Virus record (IMG/VR): IMGVR_UViG_3300033067_002337
Coordinates: 1 to 36,259 of that record
Strand: one strand, 5' to 3'
DNA from: a virus
Taxonomy: Duplodnaviria; Caudoviricetes
Length of the DNA stretch: 36,259 nt
The notes beneath the pieces are model-generated. The model made no database searches. It was not told the DNA's origin and saw only the letters and a program-made list of their open reading frames with translations. Shown here piece by piece: positions 24,901 through 33,149 of the stretch; position 1 is the stretch's first letter, and every line of letters starts with the position of its first letter. The position numbers were made by a program, and so were the translations under genes.

Positions 24901-25101
24901 ATGAAAAATGGTTCTGTAAAGTGGTTTAGTGCTGAGCGTGGATTTGGATTTATACAAAGTGATAACAAAGATTATTTTGCACATTTCAAAGAAATAGACA
25001 AAGAAGGCTTTCGTACTTTGGATGTGGGTCAAAAAGTAACTTTTATTCCTGGAAAATCTGCAAAAGGTGATATAGCAACATCAATTAAGGTGGTTGAATA
25101 G
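24901..25101 (+). CDS. Cold-shock domain RNA chaperone (Csp family)
   Basis: GSVKWF, RNP1 RGFGFI, RNP2 YFAHF, 'GFRTL..GQKV.F'. Confidence 0.95.
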   Translation: MKNGSVKWFSAERGFGFIQSDNKDYFAHFKEIDKEGFRTLDVGQKVTFIPGKSAKGDIATSIKVVE

Positions 25102-25296
25102 TTTGGTTAACTGCTTTTCAACAACTATCCAGCTGGGGTCTGAAAAGTTCCACTCTTTGCATTCACTTTTTATACGCACGATGGCATATGAGCCGTATTC
25201 TTCTGGGGCTATCCCGAAATAAACGAGATATCCTTTACGGATAAACTTGCTACATATTTTTTTAATTGAATCGATTTGCGTGATAGTGGGTTGCAT
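25081..25296 (-). CDS. Hypothetical protein
   Basis: 71 aa, convergent overlap with csp. Confidence 0.55.
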   Translation of the reverse strand: MQPTITQIDSIKKICSKFIRKGYLVYFGIAPEEYGSYAIVRIKSECKEWNFSDPSWIVVEKQLTKLFNHLN

Positions 25297-25542
25297 TATT
25301 CACATTCTTAATTAAAATAACACTGCTTGTTAAAGCATTAGCCGCATCATTACACTTAACTTACTTGCGAAAGTTAGAGGATGCGGCAATCATTTTTTGA
25401 TTGTATTTTATCCCATTTCTTTAATCATCCTGTGTCTTTTTCCTGCAAACATGTTATATTCTTTATGCATAATATTTTATCTCCATAAATTATTGTGATT
25501 CCTTTAGGTAATGATTGTTATTGTTGTTATTGTTGTTGTTGG

Positions 25543-25564
25543 GCCCGTGATTAGGCGGGCTTTT
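25543..25564 (+). terminator. Intrinsic terminator-like hairpin
   Basis: GCCCG-N8-CGGGC-TTTT. Confidence 0.55.
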
Positions 25565-25597
25565 AATTTATTATCCTCTTATTTATATCAAGATAAC

Positions 25598-25675
25598 GTC
25601 AAAAAATTGACACTTTTCAAAAATAATTGATATTATTTAGTTATTAACGCAGTTATGCACAGTTTTTGTGGATAA
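25598..25675 (+). promoter_or_regulatory. Late-operon promoter with palindrome and two DnaA boxes
   Basis: TTGACA(25607)-18-TATTAT(25631) with an extended -10 TG; GTCAA-N4-TTGAC over the -35; TTATGCACA 25653-25661 and TGTGGATAA 25667-25675. Confidence 0.7.
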
Positions 25676-25677
25676 GT

Positions 25678-25947
25678 ATGATTACACGATGTGATTGTTG
25701 TATTGGCAAAAAAACGATTATTGGTCTTGGCGCTTTAATTAAAGACTGCCCCAAGTGCAAAGGGATAGGGCATATAAAGACCGAAGAAAAAAAAGAAATA
25801 ACAATTGAATCCAAAATGGATAAATTGGTTGATAAGTTCATTGATGTTGAAGTTGAGTATGTTAATGAACATTTACAAAATTCTGAAATTAAATTAACTC
25901 GTCGTGGCAGACCTAAGAAGGTGAATGATGAGCGAGCAAAAGCCTAA
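25678..25947 (+). CDS. Zinc-finger protein with C-terminal AT-hook-like motif
   Basis: CDCCIG...CPKCKGIG (DnaJ-type CxxCxGxG) and RRGRPKK. Confidence 0.7.
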   Translation: MITRCDCCIGKKTIIGLGALIKDCPKCKGIGHIKTEEKKEITIESKMDKLVDKFIDVEVEYVNEHLQNSEIKLTRRGRPKKVNDERAKA

Positions 25948-26380
25948 ACATCCTGGTGGCAGGCCTACAAAATATAGCCCCGAACTTGCTGATAGAATAT
26001 GTGAGATTGTAGCTTCAAATCCTGAAGGGTTACCGCGTCTTTGCAAGAAATTTCCTGAACTTCCTTCTTATGAAACAATTAATCAATGGCGTTGGAAACA
26101 CCCAAAGTTTGCTGACAATTACGCGCAAGCTAAGCGCAATCAAGCTGAATTGATGGCTGAAGCTATTGAGGATGTTGCACAGGATTTAATTGATATTTCT
26201 TACGTAGACGAGCATGGTGTTAAACGCTTAGATTCTGGAATGGTGGCGCAAGCACGTTTAGTTATTGACTCACGCAAATGGCTTGCATCAAAGCTTGCCC
26301 CTAAAATATATGGCGATAGACAGCAAGTAGAAACTAAAGTCACTGTTTCTCACGAAGACTCGATAAAAGAACTTGAATAA
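25925..26380 (+). CDS. terS: Terminase small subunit (Sf6/P22-like)
   Basis: 'GGRPTKYSPELADRICE', 'D.RKWLASKLAPK.YG'. Confidence 0.9.
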   Translation: MMSEQKPKHPGGRPTKYSPELADRICEIVASNPEGLPRLCKKFPELPSYETINQWRWKHPKFADNYAQAKRNQAELMAEAIEDVAQDLIDISYVDEHGVKRLDSGMVAQARLVIDSRKWLASKLAPKIYGDRQQVETKVTVSHEDSIKELE

Positions 26381-27937
26381 ATGGATGAACATGAAAAACA
26401 AGTTCGTCAAAAACTCAAAGATGATTTCTTACATTATGCCAATAAATGCCTAAAAATTCGCACTAAGTCAGGTGCTGTGACCCCTTTTTTAATGAATAAA
26501 GCCCAAGCGCATATTCATTTTCAATTAGAAAAACAACTTAACGAGACAGGAAAAGTTAGAGCCTTGATCCTTAAGGGAAGGCAACAGGGCTGCTCAACTT
26601 ACGTTGGTGGCCGTTATTATCATAAGGTGACATACAGATACGGAACCCAAGCATTCATACTTACCCATGCTTTAGAAGCCACACAAAACCTGTATAAGAT
26701 GGCAAAAAGGTTTTACGAGCATACGCCCGAACTCGTCAAGCCACAAGTAGCCACAAGTAATGCTAAAGAATTGATTTTTGGAATCCTTGATAGTGGTTAT
26801 AAATTAGGAACAGCAGAAAACCCTAGCGTTGGTCGCTCCGCTACAATTCAATTACTGCATGGATCGGAGGTCGCGTTCTGGAACAATGCAGCTGAACACG
26901 CAAAGGGAATATTGCAAGCAGTACCCAATGAGGAAGGCACAGAAATCATTCTTGAATCCACGGCTAATGGGGTGGGTAATTATTTTCATCAAATGTGGCA
27001 GAAAGCAGAAGCAGGGCAATCAGAATACATAGCAATTTTTGTCCCCTGGTTTTGGCAGAATGAATATAAAAAGCCTGTCGATGCTGAATTTGTTCTCAAT
27101 GATACAGAATTGGATTTAGCCAAACAATACGGACTTACCAATGAGCAATTGAATTGGCGCAGAAGTAAAATTGCCGACCTAAGCGTCAATGGAACCGATG
27201 GAGAAAAATCCTTCCGTCAAGAATATCCTTGTAATGCAAATGAATCTTTTCAGTTAACAGGAGAAGACTCTTACATCTCATCTGAGCTTGTAATGCGGTG
27301 CAGAAAAACAGAGGCATCAAAATATGGAAAATTATTAATCGGGGTAGACCCAGCTCGTTTCGGTGACGATAGAAGCGCGATTATAAGAAGGCAAGGGAGA
27401 GTCGCTTTTGGACGGGAATCATACAGCAAAAAAGATACTATGGAGCTTACTGGGATTATTCATCGCATTATCATGGACGAAAATCCTTTTAGAGTATTTA
27501 TCGATGTCGGTGGCTTAGGAGCGGGTATAGTAGACAGGCTTAAAGAGCTTGGACATGGAGAAATTGTTGTTTCTGTTAATGCAGGCTCATCTCCTTATGA
27601 TAGCAAAAGATACAGCAATAAACGCGCTGAAATGTGGGGTGAGATGAAGGCGTGGCTACTCGATGAGCCATGCCAGATTCCTGATGACGACAGTCTTCAT
27701 TCAGACCTTTGCGGCATTCGTTATAAAATCGATTCTAATTCGCGATTAGTTATGGAACAAAAAGCGGAAATGAAAAAAAGAGGAATTCGCTCCCCTGATG
27801 AAGCAGATGCACTTGCACAAACTTTCGCACTTCCTCAATCTGCACTCGAAAATGATAGGAAAAGTAGCGAAATTGCTAGTATAATCACTAAAAAATCTCG
27901 CGAATATAATGCTGCGCGGACAAATCTCTATAAATAA
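26381..27937 (+). CDS. terL: Terminase large subunit
   Basis: Walker A LKGRQQGCST, Walker B LLHGSE, ESTANG, nuclease GVDPARFGDD, SPDEADAL. Confidence 0.95.
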   Translation: MDEHEKQVRQKLKDDFLHYANKCLKIRTKSGAVTPFLMNKAQAHIHFQLEKQLNETGKVRALILKGRQQGCSTYVGGRYYHKVTYRYGTQAFILTHALEATQNLYKMAKRFYEHTPELVKPQVATSNAKELIFGILDSGYKLGTAENPSVGRSATIQLLHGSEVAFWNNAAEHAKGILQAVPNEEGTEIILESTANGVGNYFHQMWQKAEAGQSEYIAIFVPWFWQNEYKKPVDAEFVLNDTELDLAKQYGLTNEQLNWRRSKIADLSVNGTDGEKSFRQEYPCNANESFQLTGEDSYISSELVMRCRKTEASKYGKLLIGVDPARFGDDRSAIIRRQGRVAFGRESYSKKDTMELTGIIHRIIMDENPFRVFIDVGGLGAGIVDRLKELGHGEIVVSVNAGSSPYDSKRYSNKRAEMWGEMKAWLLDEPCQIPDDDSLHSDLCGIRYKIDSNSRLVMEQKAEMKKRGIRSPDEADALAQTFALPQSALENDRKSSEIASIITKKSREYNAARTNLYK

Positions 27938-27946
27938 GAGGTCGAA

Positions 27947-30106
27947 ATGGCAAGGGAAATTCCACAAGACAATCTACCTAAATTATGTAAATCAGTTGAA
28001 ACCGCATACATTTACTTCAAAGACAACTGCCAACGATTTAGAGACTTTAAGAACTATACGTTTCGTGAAACATTGACTGAGCAGCAAAAAGGCATGTTGA
28101 CCTCATTAAATCGACCCCAATTAGAATTTAATATGGGTGCCGCTGCTGTTGCGAGAAAGCTCGGTGAGTTTTCAATGCATGAGCCTTCTATTGTGGTCAG
28201 TCCTAGTGAAGGAGTTCCAGTGGGGCATGAAGTCATCGAGACTGTTGAAGGCAATATCCGTCATAAAATCCATGATGCAAATAAAAATTCCTTTAGCTTT
28301 GAAATTTACAAAGACATGCTGGGCGGAGGCTTTTCTGCTGCTAAAGTTAGGACTGACTTCCAATCTGATATGTCATTCAATCAGGATATTTTCTGGGAAA
28401 AATGTTTTGATGCGACCATGGTGGGTTTTGACCCTCTAGCACGAGCTCCACACAAAGGTGATGGTCAATTTAGTTTTGAAATGTATCCTGTGATTGCTGA
28501 AGAGTTGCAAGAGCAGTTCCCGAATGTGAAGTTCACATTGAAAGCAGATAGCTCCTATATTGAGTCATATCAATGGTCTTATAAGGACATGTATGACAAT
28601 CATATTATCCTAGTTTGTGATTTTTACGAAAAGAAAAAGAAACGAGCTAAAATTGTTAAGCTTGCTGATGGTAAAGTGATGACTGAAAGGCAATATGGGA
28701 AGCTTCAAAAGTTTTGGGATGACAATCAAATAATAGAACAAATCCCTCAAGTTGTCGCTCGACGAACAACTGTGATAGATATCATATGCAATTACAAATT
28801 CATTCGAGACCAAATTTTAGAATACTCTGAGACCGATTATTGTTATTTGCCACATGTATTCTTTGATGGTAATTCTGACGTCCTTTGTAAAGGGCATACC
28901 AATACTTCTTATCAATTTACGAAACCCTATTATTATCATGCCAAAGGCGCGCAGGACATGATGAACTTCATGGGAATTGCGATTACCAATAGCACGGATA
29001 ATTTATCAGCCTCTAAATTCATTGTTAAAGAAGAAGCTATCCCTCAACAGCAAGATTATATTGATGCAATTACGGAACCACAACGAGCTAATACGATAGT
29101 GGTAAGAGCTTACAGTGAAAATAATCCAGATAAACCAATCCCAGACCCAATAAGGGAGGTGCAGTATCCTGCATTGCCTCCAGAGGTTATGGGAACTTTT
29201 AATCAGTCTGTTCAATTTATTCAAGCAATTTTAGGCTCTGGCAGCTCAAATCCAGAAAATGCGCATGATTATATCAGTGGAAAAGCCATTATCGAGGCCA
29301 GTAATGTCGATAACGCAGCAGGGATGCCATATACAATAGGCTATTTAGCTGGGATTGAGCAGATGGCGCGCATTCATGTGGATTTAATGCCTAAATATCT
29401 TCTTGGACGCAGAACGATTCCCATCGTTAATAAGGCTGGAGACCGCATTTATCAAGACATCAATGCTCCAGGAAAGCCCGCCATTAATTATGAGCAGGGC
29501 GCTATTAAGGTACAGATAGAGGCTGGAGTTAACTTCCAGGTACAAAAAGATAAAGCGATGGCGCAAATTGTGGGGCTCATGCAAGCCTCGCCAAAATTTG
29601 CAGAGTTTATGAACAGCGAGCAAGGATTGCCAATACTTTTAAGTAATCTCGTGATATATTCGGGAGATAGATTACAAGATGCAGCAGAAGAGTGGCTAGC
29701 ACAACAAAAGCAGCAACAGCAACAATCAATGCAAATGCAGCAACAAATGATGCAGCAAGACCCGAGATTCATAAAAGCACAAGCTGATGTCCAAAAAGTG
29801 CAGCTTCAAGGCCAAGAGCTTCAAATGAAAGAAGAGCAAAATCAATTTGACCGACAAATCAAAGTTGCTGAGCTCGCACTTGAGCAAGAAAAAGTTCAAA
29901 ACGATGCCATTCTTGTACAAGAACAGGTAGAGCAAGAGTCTGTTAATGCAGCCATTCAGCGTGAAAAAGCTGAAGCCGAAATCATCAGTCATAGTCTTGA
30001 TGCTGCCAGCAAGCTTGCAAGTATTAAACACCAAGAACATGAATCAATTCGTAAATCAGTTGATTTGCACCACAAGATAAATAAAGAATCAAAAAAAGAT
30101 GAATAA
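27947..30106 (+). CDS. Portal protein, P22 gp1-like
   Basis: 719 aa after terL; 'RPQLEFN', 'FDP.A...DG', 'SGKAI'; Gln-rich C-terminal helical barrel. Confidence 0.9.
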   Translation: MAREIPQDNLPKLCKSVETAYIYFKDNCQRFRDFKNYTFRETLTEQQKGMLTSLNRPQLEFNMGAAAVARKLGEFSMHEPSIVVSPSEGVPVGHEVIETVEGNIRHKIHDANKNSFSFEIYKDMLGGGFSAAKVRTDFQSDMSFNQDIFWEKCFDATMVGFDPLARAPHKGDGQFSFEMYPVIAEELQEQFPNVKFTLKADSSYIESYQWSYKDMYDNHIILVCDFYEKKKKRAKIVKLADGKVMTERQYGKLQKFWDDNQIIEQIPQVVARRTTVIDIICNYKFIRDQILEYSETDYCYLPHVFFDGNSDVLCKGHTNTSYQFTKPYYYHAKGAQDMMNFMGIAITNSTDNLSASKFIVKEEAIPQQQDYIDAITEPQRANTIVVRAYSENNPDKPIPDPIREVQYPALPPEVMGTFNQSVQFIQAILGSGSSNPENAHDYISGKAIIEASNVDNAAGMPYTIGYLAGIEQMARIHVDLMPKYLLGRRTIPIVNKAGDRIYQDINAPGKPAINYEQGAIKVQIEAGVNFQVQKDKAMAQIVGLMQASPKFAEFMNSEQGLPILLSNLVIYSGDRLQDAAEEWLAQQKQQQQQSMQMQQQMMQQDPRFIKAQADVQKVQLQGQELQMKEEQNQFDRQIKVAELALEQEKVQNDAILVQEQVEQESVNAAIQREKAEAEIISHSLDAASKLASIKHQEHESIRKSVDLHHKINKESKKDE

Positions 30107-30791
30107 ATGCAATATTGAAGGATGTAATGGAAAATACAAAGGTCTGGGTTATTGTAACAAACATTATCAAAGGCTAAAAAATAATGGCGACCCCGGATTG
30201 GTTAGAAAAAAATCGGACAATTATCCTTCTGTATGTATTGTAGATAATTGCAAGAATCCCTTTTTAGCCAAAGGATTTTGTAATAAACATTATCAAAGAT
30301 TCAAAAACACAGGGAATATTGCAAATCCTATTATTAATGAAAAATGCTCATATCCTGGATGCGATAAGCCGTATGAAGCCAAAGGTTATTGCGTTAAGCA
30401 TTATACAAGGAAAAGAAATCATGGATGCGCAAATATTGTAAAATATTTAAAAGGATATGATTCTTTATTGTCATGTATGTTAGATAATATATTTATTACC
30501 GAAAATAATTGCTGGAATTGGCAAGGAAAAAAAAGAAAAGGTTATGGATGGATGTCAGTAAATGGAGAAGTTACGGCCGTTCATAGATTCTCATATAAAT
30601 ATTATTATGGTGAATTTAATGATTCATTATTTGTTTGCCACCACTGCGATAATAGGTTGTGTTGTAATCCTGAGCATTTATTTTTGGGGACGCATTCAGA
30701 TAACATGCAAGATTGTATTAAAAAAAATCGTCACAGATGGGGAGAAAATGCTCCTCATAAGCAAGGAGTTAACAATCATGAGCAAATATAA
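30099..30791 (+). CDS. HNH homing endonuclease with three N-terminal C3H zinc repeats
   Basis: 3x 'C...(G/N)C.......G(Y/F)C.KHY.R'; 'CWNWQG', 'VCHHCDNRLCCNPEHLFLGTHSDN'. Confidence 0.92.
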   Translation: MNKCNIEGCNGKYKGLGYCNKHYQRLKNNGDPGLVRKKSDNYPSVCIVDNCKNPFLAKGFCNKHYQRFKNTGNIANPIINEKCSYPGCDKPYEAKGYCVKHYTRKRNHGCANIVKYLKGYDSLLSCMLDNIFITENNCWNWQGKKRKGYGWMSVNGEVTAVHRFSYKYYYGEFNDSLFVCHHCDNRLCCNPEHLFLGTHSDNMQDCIKKNRHRWGENAPHKQGVNNHEQI

Positions 30792-30987
30792 AATAACAGC
30801 GAATGACCTTGATGAAAATGGTGGTGTTGAGCGTTTAGAGGCCATGGGTCATGACAGGCATTCAATACATGAAGCCATGTTTAAACATACTGATGGTATT
30901 AGCAATACTGAGCGCACTCAACTTATGAAAAACCTTTACACCCGCTCTTTAGAATCACGTTACGGGAAACCGACTCGATGGATATGA
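30778..30987 (+). CDS. Hypothetical protein
   Basis: Start MSKYKIT at 30778, RBS AAGGAG. Confidence 0.7.
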   Translation: MSKYKITANDLDENGGVERLEAMGHDRHSIHEAMFKHTDGISNTERTQLMKNLYTRSLESRYGKPTRWI

Positions 30988-31139
30988 AAAAAGAAGAAAT
31001 TGGGGTTTATTTGGCCACTCTTCAGGCGGTCATCGATATCATGAACAATATGCCCAATGCCACAATTAAAAAAGTTCGTGGAATGCTTGAAGAGGAAATT
31101 ACCCATATTCGAGAACAGGTTTCAGGGAAGGAGAATTAA
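30984..31139 (+). CDS. 51-aa hypothetical protein (not in ORF track)
   Basis: MKKEEIGVYLATLQAVIDIM...; ATGA and TAATG overlaps fill the gap exactly. Confidence 0.65.
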   Translation: MKKEEIGVYLATLQAVIDIMNNMPNATIKKVRGMLEEEITHIREQVSGKEN

Positions 31140-31324
31140 TGATGAGCGACAAATGGATACAGGGTGCTATAAAGCATCCTGGTGCTTTGCGAAAGAAGCT
31201 TCATGTAAAAGAAGGCGAAAAGATTCCTGAGAAAAAGTTGGAAAAAGCAGAGCATTCTAAGAATCCAACCACTAGAAGGCAAGCGAACCTGGCCGAAACA
31301 TTGAAAAAGTTAAGGAGCAATTAA
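31139..31324 (+). CDS. Small basic phage protein
   Basis: 'WIQGAIKHPGALRKKL...KIP..KL..A...RQANLAETLKK', a recurrent podophage head-region family. Confidence 0.8.
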   Translation: MMSDKWIQGAIKHPGALRKKLHVKEGEKIPEKKLEKAEHSKNPTTRRQANLAETLKKLRSN

Positions 31325-31326
31325 TC

Positions 31327-31581
31327 ATGTCTCTAATACTCACTATGCTAAGCAGTCATCTGCTATCTATTGTTGAACATGAATTATTACAAGAAGAGCC
31401 AGCGATTCTTAATATGATTGTTCAAGAAATTGAATTATTGGTGTCCAAGCTCGAAAATTTATTGGCGGCAAAATCTCCTAAAGTTGCTGCTGTTGCTAAT
31501 CCTGTTTTAAATGCTGCAGGTGCTACCGCTGTTCATATGGTAGAGGCTGCCGGAGAAGCTGCTGTTGCAGGTGCTGCATGA
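31327..31581 (+). CDS. Hypothetical helical protein
   Basis: 84 aa, RBS AAGGAG. Confidence 0.7.
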   Translation: MSLILTMLSSHLLSIVEHELLQEEPAILNMIVQEIELLVSKLENLLAAKSPKVAAVANPVLNAAGATAVHMVEAAGEAAVAGAA

Positions 31582-31659
31582 TAGTTTGTTTTAACTATGA
31601 TTTGCCTTGATGAATAAAAGGCTAGGTTGTTTACGAAACAAATTGGTAAGGGACTTAAA

Positions 31660-31800
31660 ATGCCACTAAAGAAAGGTAAAAGTAAAAAAGTAATTTCTGA
31701 AAACATATCTGAGCTCAGACATTCTGGACGCCCTTAGAAACAAGCCATTGCTATAGCATTATCAGAAGCAGGAAAATCTAAAAAGAAAAAGAAAAAATAA
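31660..31800 (+). pseudogene. Small basic protein ([16 protein letters not shown]... family) interrupted by an in-frame TAG
   Basis: [45 protein letters not shown]; TAG at 31735-31737 where Gln is expected. Confidence 0.75.
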
Positions 31801-31814
31801 CCAAGGAATTTAAA

Positions 31815-32021
31815 ATGGCCTACGAAACAATGAAAACCAAAAAGAAAATAGTGAATAAAGAAAAAGAGCCTGGAGGCAAGAAAATAAAAAGAAAAGATAT
31901 GCCAGTTACCGACCCTTTGGAAGTAGGTAAAAAAGATAAGGTGGTTGAGAGAACCCGTGCTAAAACAAAACAAACAGAAGATAAAGCCTATAAAGCAAAA
32001 ATGAAAAAAGACAAAAAATAA
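31815..32021 (+). CDS. Lys-rich small protein
   Basis: 68 aa, RBS AAGGA. Confidence 0.7.
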   Translation: MAYETMKTKKKIVNKEKEPGGKKIKRKDMPVTDPLEVGKKDKVVERTRAKTKQTEDKAYKAKMKKDKK

Positions 32022-32032
32022 AGGAGATGGAA

Positions 32033-32191
32033 ATGAAAGCTAAAAAAGACATGCATAAACACCATAAAGAAATGAAAAAGTTTCATGAAAAAGAAATGGC
32101 TCATCATGAAAAAGAAATGAAGAAGCATTCTGACGTCAAAGAAGACAAGAAATTAATCAAAAAGATGGTGCGCAAAGACTGCATGAAGTAG
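32033..32191 (+). CDS. 52-aa Lys/His/Met-rich protein (not in ORF track)
   Basis: MKAKKDMHKHHKEMKKFHEKEMAHHEKEMKKHSDVKEDKKLIKKMVRKDCMK; RBS AAGGAG. Confidence 0.75.
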   Translation: MKAKKDMHKHHKEMKKFHEKEMAHHEKEMKKHSDVKEDKKLIKKMVRKDCMK

Positions 32192-32194
32192 ATG

Positions 32195-32331
32195 TTGTCT
32201 ATATTTTGTAACTGCAGTAAAATAATAGTAATAACTTAACGTCGCCAAACGCTAACCTGGCCGAAACTTTACACGTTACGTAACGAATATTTTCACGGTG
32301 ACACCGCCAAAATCAGTCGATAAGAGGATTT
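32195..32331 (+). promoter_or_regulatory. Promoter and structured 5' leader of the scaffold-coat genes
   Basis: TTGTCT-17-TAAAAT; palindromes CGTTACGTAACG and CGGTG-A-CACCG; RBS GAGGA. Confidence 0.6.
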
Positions 32332-33090
32332 ATGACAGAAGATTTAGAGAATGTGATTCAGGAAAATGAGCCTGTAACAGATGCTAATGAGCCAGCGGTC
32401 GAAGAACCTAAGAAAACATTTACAAGTGATGTCGTAAAAAAGGTCGTAGAACGCGAAAAGGCAAAAGCATTTGAACGTGGAAAAAGAGAGGCTTTAATGG
32501 AATTACAGCAACAGCAACAACCAGTTGAACAGGCACAAACACAACAACCGGTTCCCCAGCAACCACAACAAAGCGTGGGATTGGGTGGAATGCAACAAAT
32601 GTCCCAAGAGGATATTGAGCGCATGATTGCTGAAAAAGCTCCATTAGCCCTTCAACAACACGTGCAGCGATTGCAGCAAGACCAAATGATAAATACATTT
32701 GTTCAAAAGATGCAATTAGCAGAACAGGAGCACCCTGGATTAGAAGCAGAATTGAATAATCTAAATTACGATGACAAAAGAATGCATTCATTTATCGCTA
32801 TGGCGAATCAATTAGATAACACCGGCGATATTATGAAAGAAGTGCTGGACAATCCAACTAAAATGGAAAGTCTTTTGAATATGGCTTTTAACCAGCCTTA
32901 TCAAGCACAAAAAGCATTAAAAAGTCTGAGTGATTCGATTAAAACCAATAAAACTGCGAAAGCCGAAGAGGCGCAAGCTCGAGATCCAATGTCACAAATT
33001 AAATCCTCCACAACATCTGGCAATAAAGAGGTAAGCCAGCATGATATGTCGGTTGAGGATATTCGACGGTTGCTTGCTAAACGCAGATAA
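32332..33090 (+). CDS. Capsid scaffolding protein
   Basis: Acidic N-terminus, helical Q/E-rich body, basic C-terminal tip; directly upstream of the coat gene. Confidence 0.8.
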   Translation: MTEDLENVIQENEPVTDANEPAVEEPKKTFTSDVVKKVVEREKAKAFERGKREALMELQQQQQPVEQAQTQQPVPQQPQQSVGLGGMQQMSQEDIERMIAEKAPLALQQHVQRLQQDQMINTFVQKMQLAEQEHPGLEAELNNLNYDDKRMHSFIAMANQLDNTGDIMKEVLDNPTKMESLLNMAFNQPYQAQKALKSLSDSIKTNKTAKAEEAQARDPMSQIKSSTTSGNKEVSQHDMSVEDIRRLLAKRR

Positions 33091-33149
33091 CCACTCATTA
33101 GGCGCCATGCTGCTTACCTCCAAATTAAAACATTTTGGAGAGATTAGTC

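Noticed and set aside
26013-26027. CTTCA-N5-TGAAG palindrome inside terS as another operator
   Set aside because: The spacer is one base shorter than in the promoter copies and it lies in coding sequence; probably chance.
29700-29760. Poly-Gln low-complexity tract in the portal
   Set aside because: Expected for the C-terminal helical barrel of P22-like portals.
30099-30791. HNH genes as group I intron ORFs
   Set aside because: The flanking portal and gp10-like genes end with complete C-termini, and there is no room for intron core sequence. They are free-standing insertions.
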